A stretch of 64,000 nucleotides of DNA from IMG/VR virus record IMGVR_UViG_3300021356_000011, positions 10,606 to 74,605 of that record; one strand, 5' to 3'. The position numbers and the translations under genes are program-made. This stretch comes from a virus. Positions 19,255-28,630 of the stretch are shown here, one piece after another (the first letter of the stretch is position 1; each line of letters begins with the position of its first letter). A model generated the notes under the pieces. It was given only the letters and a program-made list of their open reading frames with translations. It searched no databases and had not been told where the DNA came from.

Positions 19255-19282
19255 TTGCATTAAGTGGATAGCGGGATATAAT
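19255..19282 (+). promoter_or_regulatory. Sigma70-like promoter for the rightward arm
   Basis: TTGCAT-16 nt-TATAAT in the divergent intergenic region. Confidence 0.5.
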
Positions 19283-19659
19283 GACTGGCAGTGCATAGCT
19301 GTCCTTGGTTGAATGAGCGAATGGACCTATAGATCTCAGGGAAAAGTTCTCGAAGTCAATCGCGGTAAAGAACAGTTTACTAGCACTCACACAGTCTCAG
19401 AGTATCTAGATGCCCTCCCAAGCTTTTAATGCCTGGGACTGTGACAGAGGGGGGTGGCTTGTCCAGGAAGCAAGGCAAGCTGCCCAACTCCTCTCTATGG
19501 GGAGCTTCCTCGCAGGTCAGGACGCATCGAAGACCTGCCGGTACTGTTAATCGCTCGCATTAGATTACAACACATTGAGCTACATTTAAGAATATCTATT
19601 ATATTGTTGTACAACGAAGATTACCTAGACTCGCATTAATACCCTGACTGGGGGTTAAA

Positions 19660-19836
19660 GTGGCAGTAGAACATGTAATCGAGGGTTTGAAAGAGCGTAT
19701 TGGACGCCAAGCAGCGTTCATTGCACAGTTGAGGGGGAGGATAGCCTCACTGGAGCGAGAGCTTCAGGAGTGCCGTTCTGAGGAGGAGGAAGATGGCAAC
19801 GAAGATATTCGCACCGAAGCGGGAGGAGAGCCCTAG
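19660..19836 (+). CDS. Small coiled-coil hypothetical protein (not in ORF track)
   Basis: GGGGG RBS and GTG start; heptad-like LKERIGRQAAFIAQLRGRIASLERELQE. Confidence 0.45.
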   Translation: MAVEHVIEGLKERIGRQAAFIAQLRGRIASLERELQECRSEEEEDGNEDIRTEAGGEP

Positions 19837-20242
19837 TCGCTACCAGAAGGTAGGTAACTACCAAGTACCTGAACGGTTGGTTGAGCTAGAGGCTAAGGAG
19901 AGCATCACTCTTGAAGAGTACAGGGAGATCCTGCTTGCTCGGCAAGGGATGGTCTTGGATTACTCAGACACTCTTGACGGATGGAACACGGGAGTCTATG
20001 ATCTTCCGTTCGCTGAGCTGATCCCCCTGGGGAAGATTCGGTATCAGCACACTAAACATGGTGGTCGTCAATCTAAGTTTGATGACATGGTTTGGTGCTA
20101 CTACACGGCAATGACGATGGAGTTGCCGTCATGGAGGGTGGAGCAGTTGCTTCACCGAAGGAGTGGGTCTTTTAGACCATATGAGGCAATGAGAGTTTAC
20201 GATGCTGCTCAGGGTCTCATGGAGGATTGTGGTCTCTATTAG
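19793..20242 (+). CDS. Hypothetical protein
   Basis: Strong GGAGG RBS, 149 aa. Confidence 0.65.
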   Translation: MATKIFAPKREESPSRYQKVGNYQVPERLVELEAKESITLEEYREILLARQGMVLDYSDTLDGWNTGVYDLPFAELIPLGKIRYQHTKHGGRQSKFDDMVWCYYTAMTMELPSWRVEQLLHRRSGSFRPYEAMRVYDAAQGLMEDCGLY

Positions 20243-20260
20243 TCGCTTGGGAGGGGACTA

Positions 20261-21631
20261 ATGCTTGGATTGACGATGGGATGCTATGCAAGGATCCCAG
20301 GAGGGTTTCGTCTTGAAAACATCTTTGACACAAAGACTAAGGCAGATAGGGCAGCTTGGCTAATTGGGGCAATACTGGAGAAGCAGATATGCTTTTCTGA
20401 TTACAGTGGGGCACCGATGTCCTCGTCTGAGATCAGAAAGATCTGTGGCAACCCAATCACGACGAAGCAAATTGTCGAGAAGCTTAAGGAATGCCAAATA
20501 CTGTTTGTGTCGGATAGTTACGAGGTAGGGGCTAAGTTTAAGAACTACTTGGTGAATCCTAAGTGGCTCAAAGTAGATAAGATTTCCACCGACAATGTGG
20601 TTCATCATCACATCACCTCGCCATCTGTCATAGAAACGATTCGCAAGTCGTTGATCAAAGGTAAGGATTACGAGCATTACCGCTGGGACGAGTTTCACTT
20701 TCAGATTTACGAGAACTTGCAGTATCCCCAGATAGATCAGTATGAGGTGGATAGGTGTTTTCGAGACCTGCATGACCCTAGTGATAATGACTTTGGCAGT
20801 AGTGCTGCTGTGATAGGATTCCAGCTTGATCAGATACTGTCTGATACCAACAGGCGAATGTCTGTCAGCAAGACAGGGAGGGTTTACACTCCGCTTTGCA
20901 GGCTCAAGTCCTGGGTTCGTGGGTGTTTCAAGTACAACGATCACTGGTGTGTTGGTCATGATGTAAAGGCTTGCCAGCCTACGCTGCTCGCCGCATTAAT
21001 GCTCAGTATCGCCAATAAAGACAGTAGCTTTTTTGAGCGTACAGGGGTTTCCAGACATATGAAGTCCCTCGGAATTAGGATGAAACTGCTGGAAGCATGC
21101 GACATCACCCAGAAAGATGCTAGGGAGTTCGCTGGGTTTATTGAAGAGAATGATATCTACGACGTAATTGTCGCTAAACTTAAAAGTCGGGGGCATTATC
21201 GCAGCAGGGATGACATCAAGATTGCCTTTATGCGTGACATATTTGCCAAGAAGAGCGAGTATGCGAGCGTTGAAGAGCATGAGTTCAGGGAGTTGTTCCC
21301 TGTGATATGGAGGCAGATCAAAGCGATTAATCGCAATGATTACAGAACTCTTATCAATTTCATGCAATTCATGGAGTCAGAAGTTGTCATTCATCATGCG
21401 TTACAGAAAGCTTATCAGCTTGGCTGTCGAGGCTTTTTTACTGTTCATGACTCAATATATGCTGCTGACATTTACACGGATGCTATCCTAAAAGGCTTCG
21501 AGTATGCATCTAACGCAGTGGGCATCAAACTCAGAATAGACATTAGTCAAGACATTGTTGAGAGACGCAGGCAAGAGATTGAGGATCGTCTCTCCGTTGA
21601 AGACTTTAGCAGGAACGTATTGAAGGCGTAA
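20261..21631 (+). CDS. Compact PolA/T7-RNAP-superfamily polymerase-like protein
   Basis: GRVY, motif A-like HDVKACQP, motif B-like RDDIK...F, QFMES and motif C VHDS; no exonuclease domain. Confidence 0.65.
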   Translation: MLGLTMGCYARIPGGFRLENIFDTKTKADRAAWLIGAILEKQICFSDYSGAPMSSSEIRKICGNPITTKQIVEKLKECQILFVSDSYEVGAKFKNYLVNPKWLKVDKISTDNVVHHHITSPSVIETIRKSLIKGKDYEHYRWDEFHFQIYENLQYPQIDQYEVDRCFRDLHDPSDNDFGSSAAVIGFQLDQILSDTNRRMSVSKTGRVYTPLCRLKSWVRGCFKYNDHWCVGHDVKACQPTLLAALMLSIANKDSSFFERTGVSRHMKSLGIRMKLLEACDITQKDAREFAGFIEENDIYDVIVAKLKSRGHYRSRDDIKIAFMRDIFAKKSEYASVEEHEFRELFPVIWRQIKAINRNDYRTLINFMQFMESEVVIHHALQKAYQLGCRGFFTVHDSIYAADIYTDAILKGFEYASNAVGIKLRIDISQDIVERRRQEIEDRLSVEDFSRNVLKA

Positions 21632-21634
21632 TCT

Positions 21635-21871
21635 ATGGACATTTATGTGCCATGCGAGCCCTGTGCTAAATGCGGTGCATACCTCATCTATACTGACGAC
21701 AAAGCTGAGATACGTTGCGAAGTTTGCGATCACCTAAGACAGACAGAAACACATGACAAAGAAAAAGAAGCAAAACTTCAGCAAGCTAACAAGGGACTAT
21801 CTTGCTCATCACGGTGCGGCTTATGTCGAAAAGACAGAGACGTACAACGGATTCGGAAGAAACAAGAATGA
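21635..21871 (+). CDS. Small Zn-ribbon protein
   Basis: CxxCG...CxxC; overlaps the next gene. Confidence 0.4.
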   Translation: MDIYVPCEPCAKCGAYLIYTDDKAEIRCEVCDHLRQTETHDKEKEAKLQQANKGLSCSSRCGLCRKDRDVQRIRKKQE

Positions 21872-22163
21872 CTTGTTTGGGTTTGCAGACTGGACAGCGA
21901 TCATGGATCGCACATTTCAAGAGTTCTGGTTTGTTCAGGAAACAAGCCGGAGCAATATATCTGCCAGGAAGAAAAAGATCTGTAACTCTGAGGTGGCTAG
22001 GCTGATTATAGATAACCTTATGGCAAAGATCATTATTCTAGGATGGGATAAAGATAAAGAAGGGCAGTGGCGTGTTAAAAAGGTTGAGATCAAGGCTGAA
22101 GATTTTGTCGCCGGAGTCCTCTGTGCTGGGGAACCTGCGGAACCTTATTGGAAGGAAGGTTGA
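21753..22163 (+). CDS. Holliday-junction-resolvase-like PD-(D/E)xK nuclease
   Basis: DLFGFAD..AI...FVQ.T...SAR.KKI pattern typical of phage resolvase-like proteins. Confidence 0.6.
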   Translation: MTKKKKQNFSKLTRDYLAHHGAAYVEKTETYNGFGRNKNDLFGFADWTAIMDRTFQEFWFVQETSRSNISARKKKICNSEVARLIIDNLMAKIIILGWDKDKEGQWRVKKVEIKAEDFVAGVLCAGEPAEPYWKEG

Positions 22164-22170
22164 GAAAGTT

Positions 22171-22380
22171 ATGGCTACTATTTTGGAGAAGTGGCTGGTT
22201 GCCGCTCTTGGATCTTGGAAGACGACTGTTGTTGGTGGCTTGGCAATGATTGCTGTGCTTGTGTCTGAGGGTCTTAAGTTGGTAGATGGTGACCCTGAAA
22301 GTATCGCTAATTTTGAGGCTGTGATCGTTGCAGTCTCTGTGTTCTTTGGACTTAGCTTGGCTAAGGACGGTAACGAGTAA
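22171..22380 (+). CDS. Holin-like two-TM membrane protein
   Basis: SWKTT..G motif, two hydrophobic helices, C-terminal AKD. Confidence 0.65.
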   Translation: MATILEKWLVAALGSWKTTVVGGLAMIAVLVSEGLKLVDGDPESIANFEAVIVAVSVFFGLSLAKDGNE

Positions 22381-22400
22381 TTTATTTTTGAGGGGAAGTG

Positions 22401-22733
22401 ATGCCTAGTTTTAACAGAGTTGTTTTGATGGGTAATTTGACTCGCGACGTTGAAGTGCGAGAGACTCCAGGTGGCGCATCAGTCACTGATCTTGGCCTTG
22501 CAGTCAATGACAGGGTCAAGAGGAATGACGAGTGGGTGGACGAAGTCACCTACGTTGATGTCACAATGTGGGGTCGAACCGCTGAAGTAGCTGGTGAGTA
22601 TCTTCACAAAGGATCGCCAATTCTGATCGAAGGTCGCTTGAAGTTGGACTCCTGGGAAAAGGATGGCGAGAAGAGGAGTAAGCTTCGAGTGGTTGGCGAG
22701 AAGATGCAAATGCTTGGCAGGAGAGAAGAGTAG
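22401..22733 (+). CDS. ssb: Single-stranded DNA-binding protein (OB fold only)
   Basis: [30 protein letters not shown]; lacks the acidic C-terminal tail. Confidence 0.95.
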   Translation: MPSFNRVVLMGNLTRDVEVRETPGGASVTDLGLAVNDRVKRNDEWVDEVTYVDVTMWGRTAEVAGEYLHKGSPILIEGRLKLDSWEKDGEKRSKLRVVGEKMQMLGRREE

Positions 22734-22734
22734 T

Positions 22735-23175
22735 ATGGAGCGTTCAAACACAGTCAGGAGAAGGCGAGTACGTCGAGTTGGCAAGCACGTTTGGAACCTG
22801 ATTGAGAAATACAATGGAGACGAAGATCGAGTCTATGAGGAGATGCGTAAGACAATTCCTTACGCTCTCTTGATTGAACTTGGCTTCCTGCTGTTTAAGG
22901 TTTTGGTTGAGCTTTGGCTAAAGAAGCGAGATCCAAGGCAAACAATCAACGCTCTATCCACGGCTGCTGCATTAGATTCGGAGGATATGTATCTAATTGC
23001 AGATGACTGCGAAGAAGACGGGATGTCTAAAGAGTCGAAGGTTCTTAGGTGGATTGCATTGAACTCAACAGAGATTGGGTTTGATGATCACAATAGTAAA
23101 CCTGATATAACGGATGGAGACGATGACTACAGATCAAGCGAACACGACGACGAATTCGACCCCTTCAATTTCTAA
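22735..23175 (+). CDS. Hypothetical protein with a hydrophobic helix and acidic tail
   Basis: ATG 1 nt after the ssb stop; ends DDEFDPFNF. Confidence 0.6.
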   Translation: MERSNTVRRRRVRRVGKHVWNLIEKYNGDEDRVYEEMRKTIPYALLIELGFLLFKVLVELWLKKRDPRQTINALSTAAALDSEDMYLIADDCEEDGMSKESKVLRWIALNSTEIGFDDHNSKPDITDGDDDYRSSEHDDEFDPFNF

Positions 23176-23593
23176 ACTGAAGGTGGTTGGGATTGATCTC
23201 AATACGATTCTAATTATCGCATTGGCTATTGGTGGCTATTGGTACATCAACAAGGACAAGGAAAAGGAAGCTGTTGTGCCTGCTGAAGTAATTCTCAAGG
23301 ATGAAGCAATTGCGTTATCAGACATGTTCTCCCAGGGTATCCCTGTTCTTAGGACAAATCTGTATAAGACAGACGTTGACCTGGGGAAAGCTGTGGAGAA
23401 CTTTTCTCTGATATACTTTCAAGACCTCACTACTCCGGCAAAGCAGTGGCTTGACTCTGCTCGCATTAGGATTGGCGAGGCAATTGGCAGTAAGGATCTT
23501 GAGCAATCAAAGACCTTGAGCCCAATTGATCGTGAGAATGCGATTCGTGTATTTCAGCAGTTGTCTGAAGAGGCAAAAACTCTAGCAGGTTGA
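23114..23593 (+). CDS. N-terminally membrane-anchored protein (lysis-associated?)
   Basis: TM segment ILIIALAIGGYWYI, then a helical domain. Confidence 0.65.
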   Translation: METMTTDQANTTTNSTPSISKLKVVGIDLNTILIIALAIGGYWYINKDKEKEAVVPAEVILKDEAIALSDMFSQGIPVLRTNLYKTDVDLGKAVENFSLIYFQDLTTPAKQWLDSARIRIGEAIGSKDLEQSKTLSPIDRENAIRVFQQLSEEAKTLAG

Positions 23594-23597
23594 ACTA

Positions 23598-24659
23598 ATG
23601 TCAGAAAATAGCTTTGGATGGATCCCAGACAACTCTGGGGTGATGCGTGTTACGGAACGTCAGGACTGGTACGGGGAAGTTGTCGATCAGGTACAGCAAC
23701 TCGTGCAGGACGATCCTGGCGGAGATACGTTTCACTACAGATGCTTGTTTCAATTCAAGCCGGATGAGTTTGATTCTGATGGTCGCTTAAGGTCTCTGAA
23801 CCAAGGGTCAGTTGGATCTTGTGTTGGCGTTGCTACTGCAAGATTGATTGATCATCTGCAAGCAATGGATATTGCTGTCAGAAGGCAGAATGAGACTTTT
23901 TGTGACTTGACTAGTCCAGAGTGGTGTTATGCTACTGGCAGGGAGGCAGGTGGCATGCTTGGTGGCGGGGACGGTTCCACCAACTCTGGGCAGCTAAAAG
24001 CTTTGGAGAAGTATGGAGTATTGTTCCAAAGGGAATACGGGGATTACGATCTTGGAAAGTACAGCGTAGATCGCTGTAGGGACTGGGGTCGTAGAGGAGT
24101 GCCAGACCAGCTTAAGCCTGAAGGTGAAAAGCACCAGCTACTAAAGTCCTTTCGTGTACGGGGCGTGGATGAGTGGTGGGCGTTGGCTGGGGCTGGCTAT
24201 CCCGTAAATCTTTGCAGCAGTTGGGGTGGTGTTGGATATCGAGATGACGAAGGCTACATGCGTAAGTCTGGTCGTTGGTCACATTCAATGGGTAACCCAG
24301 GTGCTAGACGACTGCATCCCAAACGAGGCAAGAGCTTTTTGATCTGCAACTCTTGGGGTAGTGGTTGGGCAAAGAAGGGTGGCGTTTGGCCTGAAGATAT
24401 GCCTTACGGATCTTTTTGGATCAGCGAGTCGGATGCAGCCTGGATTATTAGAAATGGAGAAGTCATAGCTTACGCTGATTTTGAGGGTGGATTCTCTGCT
24501 CCTTACGATTGGGGCAAGGCTATTGACTGGAGTAAGGATGATATCAATGTCGAGTGGGATTCGTCTCCTGTGGTAGGTGACACTGAAGACATTGAAGATG
24601 AGGACACTGAAGTGTTCGATGACCTTGACATGGAAGGTTACTTTAATGAAGAGCTTTAG
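23598..24659 (+). CDS. Papain-like (C1) cysteine peptidase
   Basis: QGSVGSCV catalytic Cys, HSM His, NSWG Asn motif, GSFWI. Confidence 0.88.
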   Translation: MSENSFGWIPDNSGVMRVTERQDWYGEVVDQVQQLVQDDPGGDTFHYRCLFQFKPDEFDSDGRLRSLNQGSVGSCVGVATARLIDHLQAMDIAVRRQNETFCDLTSPEWCYATGREAGGMLGGGDGSTNSGQLKALEKYGVLFQREYGDYDLGKYSVDRCRDWGRRGVPDQLKPEGEKHQLLKSFRVRGVDEWWALAGAGYPVNLCSSWGGVGYRDDEGYMRKSGRWSHSMGNPGARRLHPKRGKSFLICNSWGSGWAKKGGVWPEDMPYGSFWISESDAAWIIRNGEVIAYADFEGGFSAPYDWGKAIDWSKDDINVEWDSSPVVGDTEDIEDEDTEVFDDLDMEGYFNEEL

Positions 24660-25083
24660 TTCTAAGCTTGTGGGCATTGCCTTGTTGGTGGCGATTGCGT
24701 TTATTGCGTTTAGCTACTATGGAAGTGTCAATGTTGATGCTAAGGACAGCACTGTTCGACAGTCTCGTGCGAGGTGGGCATGGATTGCTGCATCTAGAGA
24801 CTTGCTTCCAAGCGTCCCTGACGACGAGAAGCTTGGAGATGAATGTGCAGATTGCAACGGAGATGGCTTTGTTGGCGATGGCACAATTAAGATTGATTGC
24901 GACACCTGTAATGGAACCGGCAAGAGGGGTTTTCAGATGACGATCTTGGAAATGCCGGTTCAAGATTCCCAGGCTTGTGTTGGTGGTAGCTGCGACACTG
25001 CTCGCAAACCTGTTCGCGGTGTTGCGAGGCATGGAAGAAACCTAGTGCGTAACGCTCTCGGTCGTCTACGTTGTCGCAAATAA
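24646..25083 (+). CDS. Signal-anchored protein with DnaJ-type Zn finger
   Basis: Hydrophobic N-terminus; CADCNGDG...CDTCNGTG. Confidence 0.7.
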   Translation: MKSFSSKLVGIALLVAIAFIAFSYYGSVNVDAKDSTVRQSRARWAWIAASRDLLPSVPDDEKLGDECADCNGDGFVGDGTIKIDCDTCNGTGKRGFQMTILEMPVQDSQACVGGSCDTARKPVRGVARHGRNLVRNALGRLRCRK

Positions 25084-25114
25084 GTTCAGATCAAATAGGA
25101 GAGGTGCTTCAGTT

Positions 25115-26032
25115 ATGGAAAAAGCAACAAAGATTTACCAATGCTGCAAACTTATTAGTTCACGATTCAATGAGTGGGCTAGTGATCCGCATGATATTCC
25201 CTTGCCACCAGACTACTATCTGGCAGTGGAGGAATTAATTGAGCTTGCTGACATTGGCAGAGACATAAAGGCTTCCTTGTCTGAAGCATTTCTTCCTGTT
25301 CGATTTCAAGCAGGTATTCAAAAGCTTGATGTCTATTACCAAGACTATCTTCACAAGAAGAGTTCACGACCTAATAGCAATCCATCGGCTGACTTCTTTA
25401 GTCAGATCAATCATGTGGTTGCTCAGGTTTTGGATTGGCCCAATCTGCATACTCGCCGCATCATTGTTGATACGGTTGAGAATCTGCATCGCCAAGGTCT
25501 TTACCCAAATCAGATTGCTTTGATGTATGGACTTAAGCATGAGGCAAGTGGTGAAGGTCGAGGCGACTTGATTGAGCAGGAACTTGCTAGTCCTGGTAGT
25601 GTCATTGGCCCTGACTATGTTCACCCAGGTGAACTTGAGCGGCAAAAGCTTCGTGCAGAGATAGAGACTTGGATCAACAAGAGTGCTGAAGGTATTAAGA
25701 AGGAAGTAGCTGCCAAGCAAGAGGCGATTGATTTAGATGATATCAAAACACTTGCCCAGGCAAGGTCTGCTGGCCTTTCTGTTAAATCTGCTGCTACTCA
25801 TCTTGGTCTGCCAGAAAGTCAAGTTCAGTCGTTCTATGACAACGAGGAAAACCTCGAAGAATCCAAGGGCGACCAGAACGATGATAGTGAAGACCCTGAC
25901 TGGTCAAAGGGAATCTCGTTTGAGAATCTTTGCCTGAAGGCTAAGGATCTCGGCATCGTGACTCGCAAGTCGATGAAGCGAAGCACCGTTGTCTCCAAGA
26001 TCGAGGAGGCTACGGCAAATGCAGCAAACTAA
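25115..26032 (+). CDS. Hypothetical protein (HTH-like and small C-terminal helical domains)
   Basis: 305 aa ORF with RBS GGAGAGG. Confidence 0.6.
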   Translation: MEKATKIYQCCKLISSRFNEWASDPHDIPLPPDYYLAVEELIELADIGRDIKASLSEAFLPVRFQAGIQKLDVYYQDYLHKKSSRPNSNPSADFFSQINHVVAQVLDWPNLHTRRIIVDTVENLHRQGLYPNQIALMYGLKHEASGEGRGDLIEQELASPGSVIGPDYVHPGELERQKLRAEIETWINKSAEGIKKEVAAKQEAIDLDDIKTLAQARSAGLSVKSAATHLGLPESQVQSFYDNEENLEESKGDQNDDSEDPDWSKGISFENLCLKAKDLGIVTRKSMKRSTVVSKIEEATANAAN

Positions 26033-26354
26033 AATTGAAGAACTGCTTAGTTCAAATCCTGAGCTTGCAAAGAAAGTGCAGGATCTCCTACAGAGTGAGA
26101 TTAAAGACTCTCACGGCTTGGAGGCAGAGTCTACTAATCAGCGATACTACCTGCGTGAAAGTGAGAACTTGCCCAAGGGTTCAAGATGTAGACTTTGGAC
26201 TGGCTGGGAGCATGTCACTGCCAGGATCGTCAGCAATGGAGTGCGTGGGGCTGTTGTGAAATACAACGACGTTCTGTTGTACGCTGACCATCAATACGTC
26301 TCCACCAACCTCACGGAGGAGGAGGCTGCTAGGTACAAAGAGGAAGAGGCTTAA
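26019..26354 (+). CDS. Hypothetical protein
   Basis: GAGGAGG RBS before ATG 26019. Confidence 0.6.
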   Translation: MQQTKIEELLSSNPELAKKVQDLLQSEIKDSHGLEAESTNQRYYLRESENLPKGSRCRLWTGWEHVTARIVSNGVRGAVVKYNDVLLYADHQYVSTNLTEEEAARYKEEEA

Positions 26355-26902
26355 TGAGCCGAGGATCTGAGCAGCGTATCAAGTATAAGAAGCAGGACTT
26401 TTTGTCGGTGCTGTCAAAGGTTAAGAGCATGAGGAAGGCTTGCAATCTTTGCGGCACGACAATGAGTCAAATTGCCAAGTGGTCAAAAGCTGATAAGTGG
26501 TTTGCTGATGAGCTTAGGAACGCTCAGGCTGAGATTGTAATGGAGCTTGAAACCATTGCATTCGATCAGGCTTTAAGCGGAGATACCAAGCAGTTGCAGT
26601 TCCTACTTAAGTCTTGGGCACCAGAGAGGTATGCACCTAAGACTGGCGTGAATGTCAACGTAAATGAGAAATCTGACATTCGTATCGCAGGTCAAGATCC
26701 CGCTAAAATCAAAGGCGAGATAGCTGATCGTCTATTGTCTGCGATTGGCGATATGCCTGGGGGACAAGAGATAGTAGGGCATGTGAAAGATGGAACTTCA
26801 GATGCAACCAGAACTGATGATTCAGTACCTTCAAGCAGGAGTGAAGGTAGACTGGATGAAATTGAGGGATCTACAGTTCGAGGTAAACAGTCAGATCAGT
26901 AG
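26354..26902 (+). CDS. terS: Terminase small subunit
   Basis: N-terminal HTH (KACNLCG...W...DKWF), LE..A...A..GD...L.FLLK...PERY; upstream of terL. Confidence 0.75.
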   Translation: MSRGSEQRIKYKKQDFLSVLSKVKSMRKACNLCGTTMSQIAKWSKADKWFADELRNAQAEIVMELETIAFDQALSGDTKQLQFLLKSWAPERYAPKTGVNVNVNEKSDIRIAGQDPAKIKGEIADRLLSAIGDMPGGQEIVGHVKDGTSDATRTDDSVPSSRSEGRLDEIEGSTVRGKQSDQ

Positions 26903-27209
26903 CGAATTCATACGAAGGCATATGCAGATAAACATGCAGAAGCTTGAAGAAGAAGCTAGGAATTTGATTCAGGCACGCTTTTTTATTGAAGCTGTTATCA
27001 GGTGTGGTGGTTGGCTTGAGATACATGACGAACACATTTTGATTTGCGATGACGGTGATAATTCTGTCAGCGATGAAATGATAGAGTCGTTCAAATGTCT
27101 CTGGCCTTATGTACTTTACATCTTTAACGAGCAAGATTTAGAAGAGTATGGCGAGGAAGACGGAAGAGTGGAAACCTTCGACAGTTCAAGAGGCGGTTGG
27201 TCATCTTGA
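26790..27209 (+). CDS. Hypothetical protein
   Basis: Fills the terS-terL gap and overlaps both. Confidence 0.45.
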   Translation: MELQMQPELMIQYLQAGVKVDWMKLRDLQFEVNSQISSEFIRRHMQINMQKLEEEARNLIQARFFIEAVIRCGGWLEIHDEHILICDDGDNSVSDEMIESFKCLWPYVLYIFNEQDLEEYGEEDGRVETFDSSRGGWSS

Positions 27210-28620
27210 GCGTCAATTAGAACGTATGTATTTCACGTTCCAACCTCGACCTGACAAGGTTGAAGAGTGGGACATGCAGACAAGCTTCTACAACTCAAGA
27301 CACAAAGGCATTACGTTTTTACTGGGAGGGAATGGAGCAGGGACAACAACACTGACGCTTGCAAAAGCAGTTAAGTTTCTGCTTCGAGACCAGCCGCCAC
27401 CTCGACCTGCAACTCCATTTTGGATCATCTCGGAAGGTTATCCGATGGTCATGGACGTTGCTTGGAACGAGAAGATGTGCGGGAGGGGAATGTTACCAGA
27501 GGAAGAAGTGCAGTGGGACAAGGTTGATTGGTATAAGCCTAATCAGAACTGGCCCTTTCGTATTCCTCTGAAGCCTTGGCCTGGGCACGATCCAAACAAC
27601 TACTGGGTGATTGAGCTTAAGTCTTATGATCAGGGTCGATCAAAGATGCAGGCTTCATCTATTGGTGGTTTTGTTTTCATTGAGCAATGTCCATTCTCCT
27701 TGATCGAAGAGGTGCTTCGTGGGTGCCGAGACTATAATTTCCCAGGTGCTAAGCTTGCTGAGTTTACTCCTATTGATCCTCATCTATCTCGCCCACTCGA
27801 AGACATGATCAATAACGGTACGCTGCCAGAAGACTGGGCTGTGTACTACTGCAATACAAAGTGTGCTGTAGAGGCAGGTCATGTAGACAAAGCTTGGTTT
27901 GACGAGTTCTTCGGGATGGTTTCCGAAGAGATGCGTGAAGTCAGAATGCGTGGTGCATTCGCAAGCTTTGAAGGTCTCGTTTACCCTACGTTCAATCCCC
28001 GCATCCATACAGATTCTGATCTAATAGACAGCTTCACAGATGGCATGTACCACTATCGTGCAATCGACTGGGGTAGTGGTCCTGAAAATGCTTTTGTTTG
28101 CTTGTGGGCGGCAAAGGATTCTGTGGGAACGTGGTACATTTACGACGAGTATTACAGCACCGATCAGAACATGACCTACATGGATCATGCGGATCGGATT
28201 TACAATAAGCACCCTTGGCCTAACGATGCTTGGCATGGACCTACATACGGTGACCCTGCATCTCCAGGCTTGGCTCGATTGTTTACACAGTCAGGCATTC
28301 CAATTGTGGGTGCTAACAACCAAGTGATTGAGGGTATTGAAACTGTAAGGGTCGCTTTGCAGCTAAACAACGGCGACCCCAAAGTGGTGATCGACAGAGA
28401 TCGATGCCCTAATTTAATTCGTGAACTTCAAACTTATGTCTGGGAGAAAAGTAAAGGAGGCAAGTTCACTAGGAATGCAGCACCAAGACCATTGAAGAGA
28501 GACGATCACTCTTGCGATGCGTTGAGGTATTTACTTCATACGAATAGCAGTGCTGCTGGTAAAGGCTCGGTTACGGGAGGGAAGATCAAGCCTAAGAACC
28601 GCAAGAGGTTCATCAACTAA
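27148..28620 (+). CDS. terL: Terminase large subunit (degenerate ATPase motifs)
   Basis: Q..F..S...LGGNGAGTT, FTP coupling motif, G.F...EGLVY hinge, RNase H-like AIDWG / DPA / DDHSCDALRY. Confidence 0.9.
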   Translation: MARKTEEWKPSTVQEAVGHLERQLERMYFTFQPRPDKVEEWDMQTSFYNSRHKGITFLLGGNGAGTTTLTLAKAVKFLLRDQPPPRPATPFWIISEGYPMVMDVAWNEKMCGRGMLPEEEVQWDKVDWYKPNQNWPFRIPLKPWPGHDPNNYWVIELKSYDQGRSKMQASSIGGFVFIEQCPFSLIEEVLRGCRDYNFPGAKLAEFTPIDPHLSRPLEDMINNGTLPEDWAVYYCNTKCAVEAGHVDKAWFDEFFGMVSEEMREVRMRGAFASFEGLVYPTFNPRIHTDSDLIDSFTDGMYHYRAIDWGSGPENAFVCLWAAKDSVGTWYIYDEYYSTDQNMTYMDHADRIYNKHPWPNDAWHGPTYGDPASPGLARLFTQSGIPIVGANNQVIEGIETVRVALQLNNGDPKVVIDRDRCPNLIRELQTYVWEKSKGGKFTRNAAPRPLKRDDHSCDALRYLLHTNSSAAGKGSVTGGKIKPKNRKRFIN

Positions 28621-28630
28621 GGACAACGTA

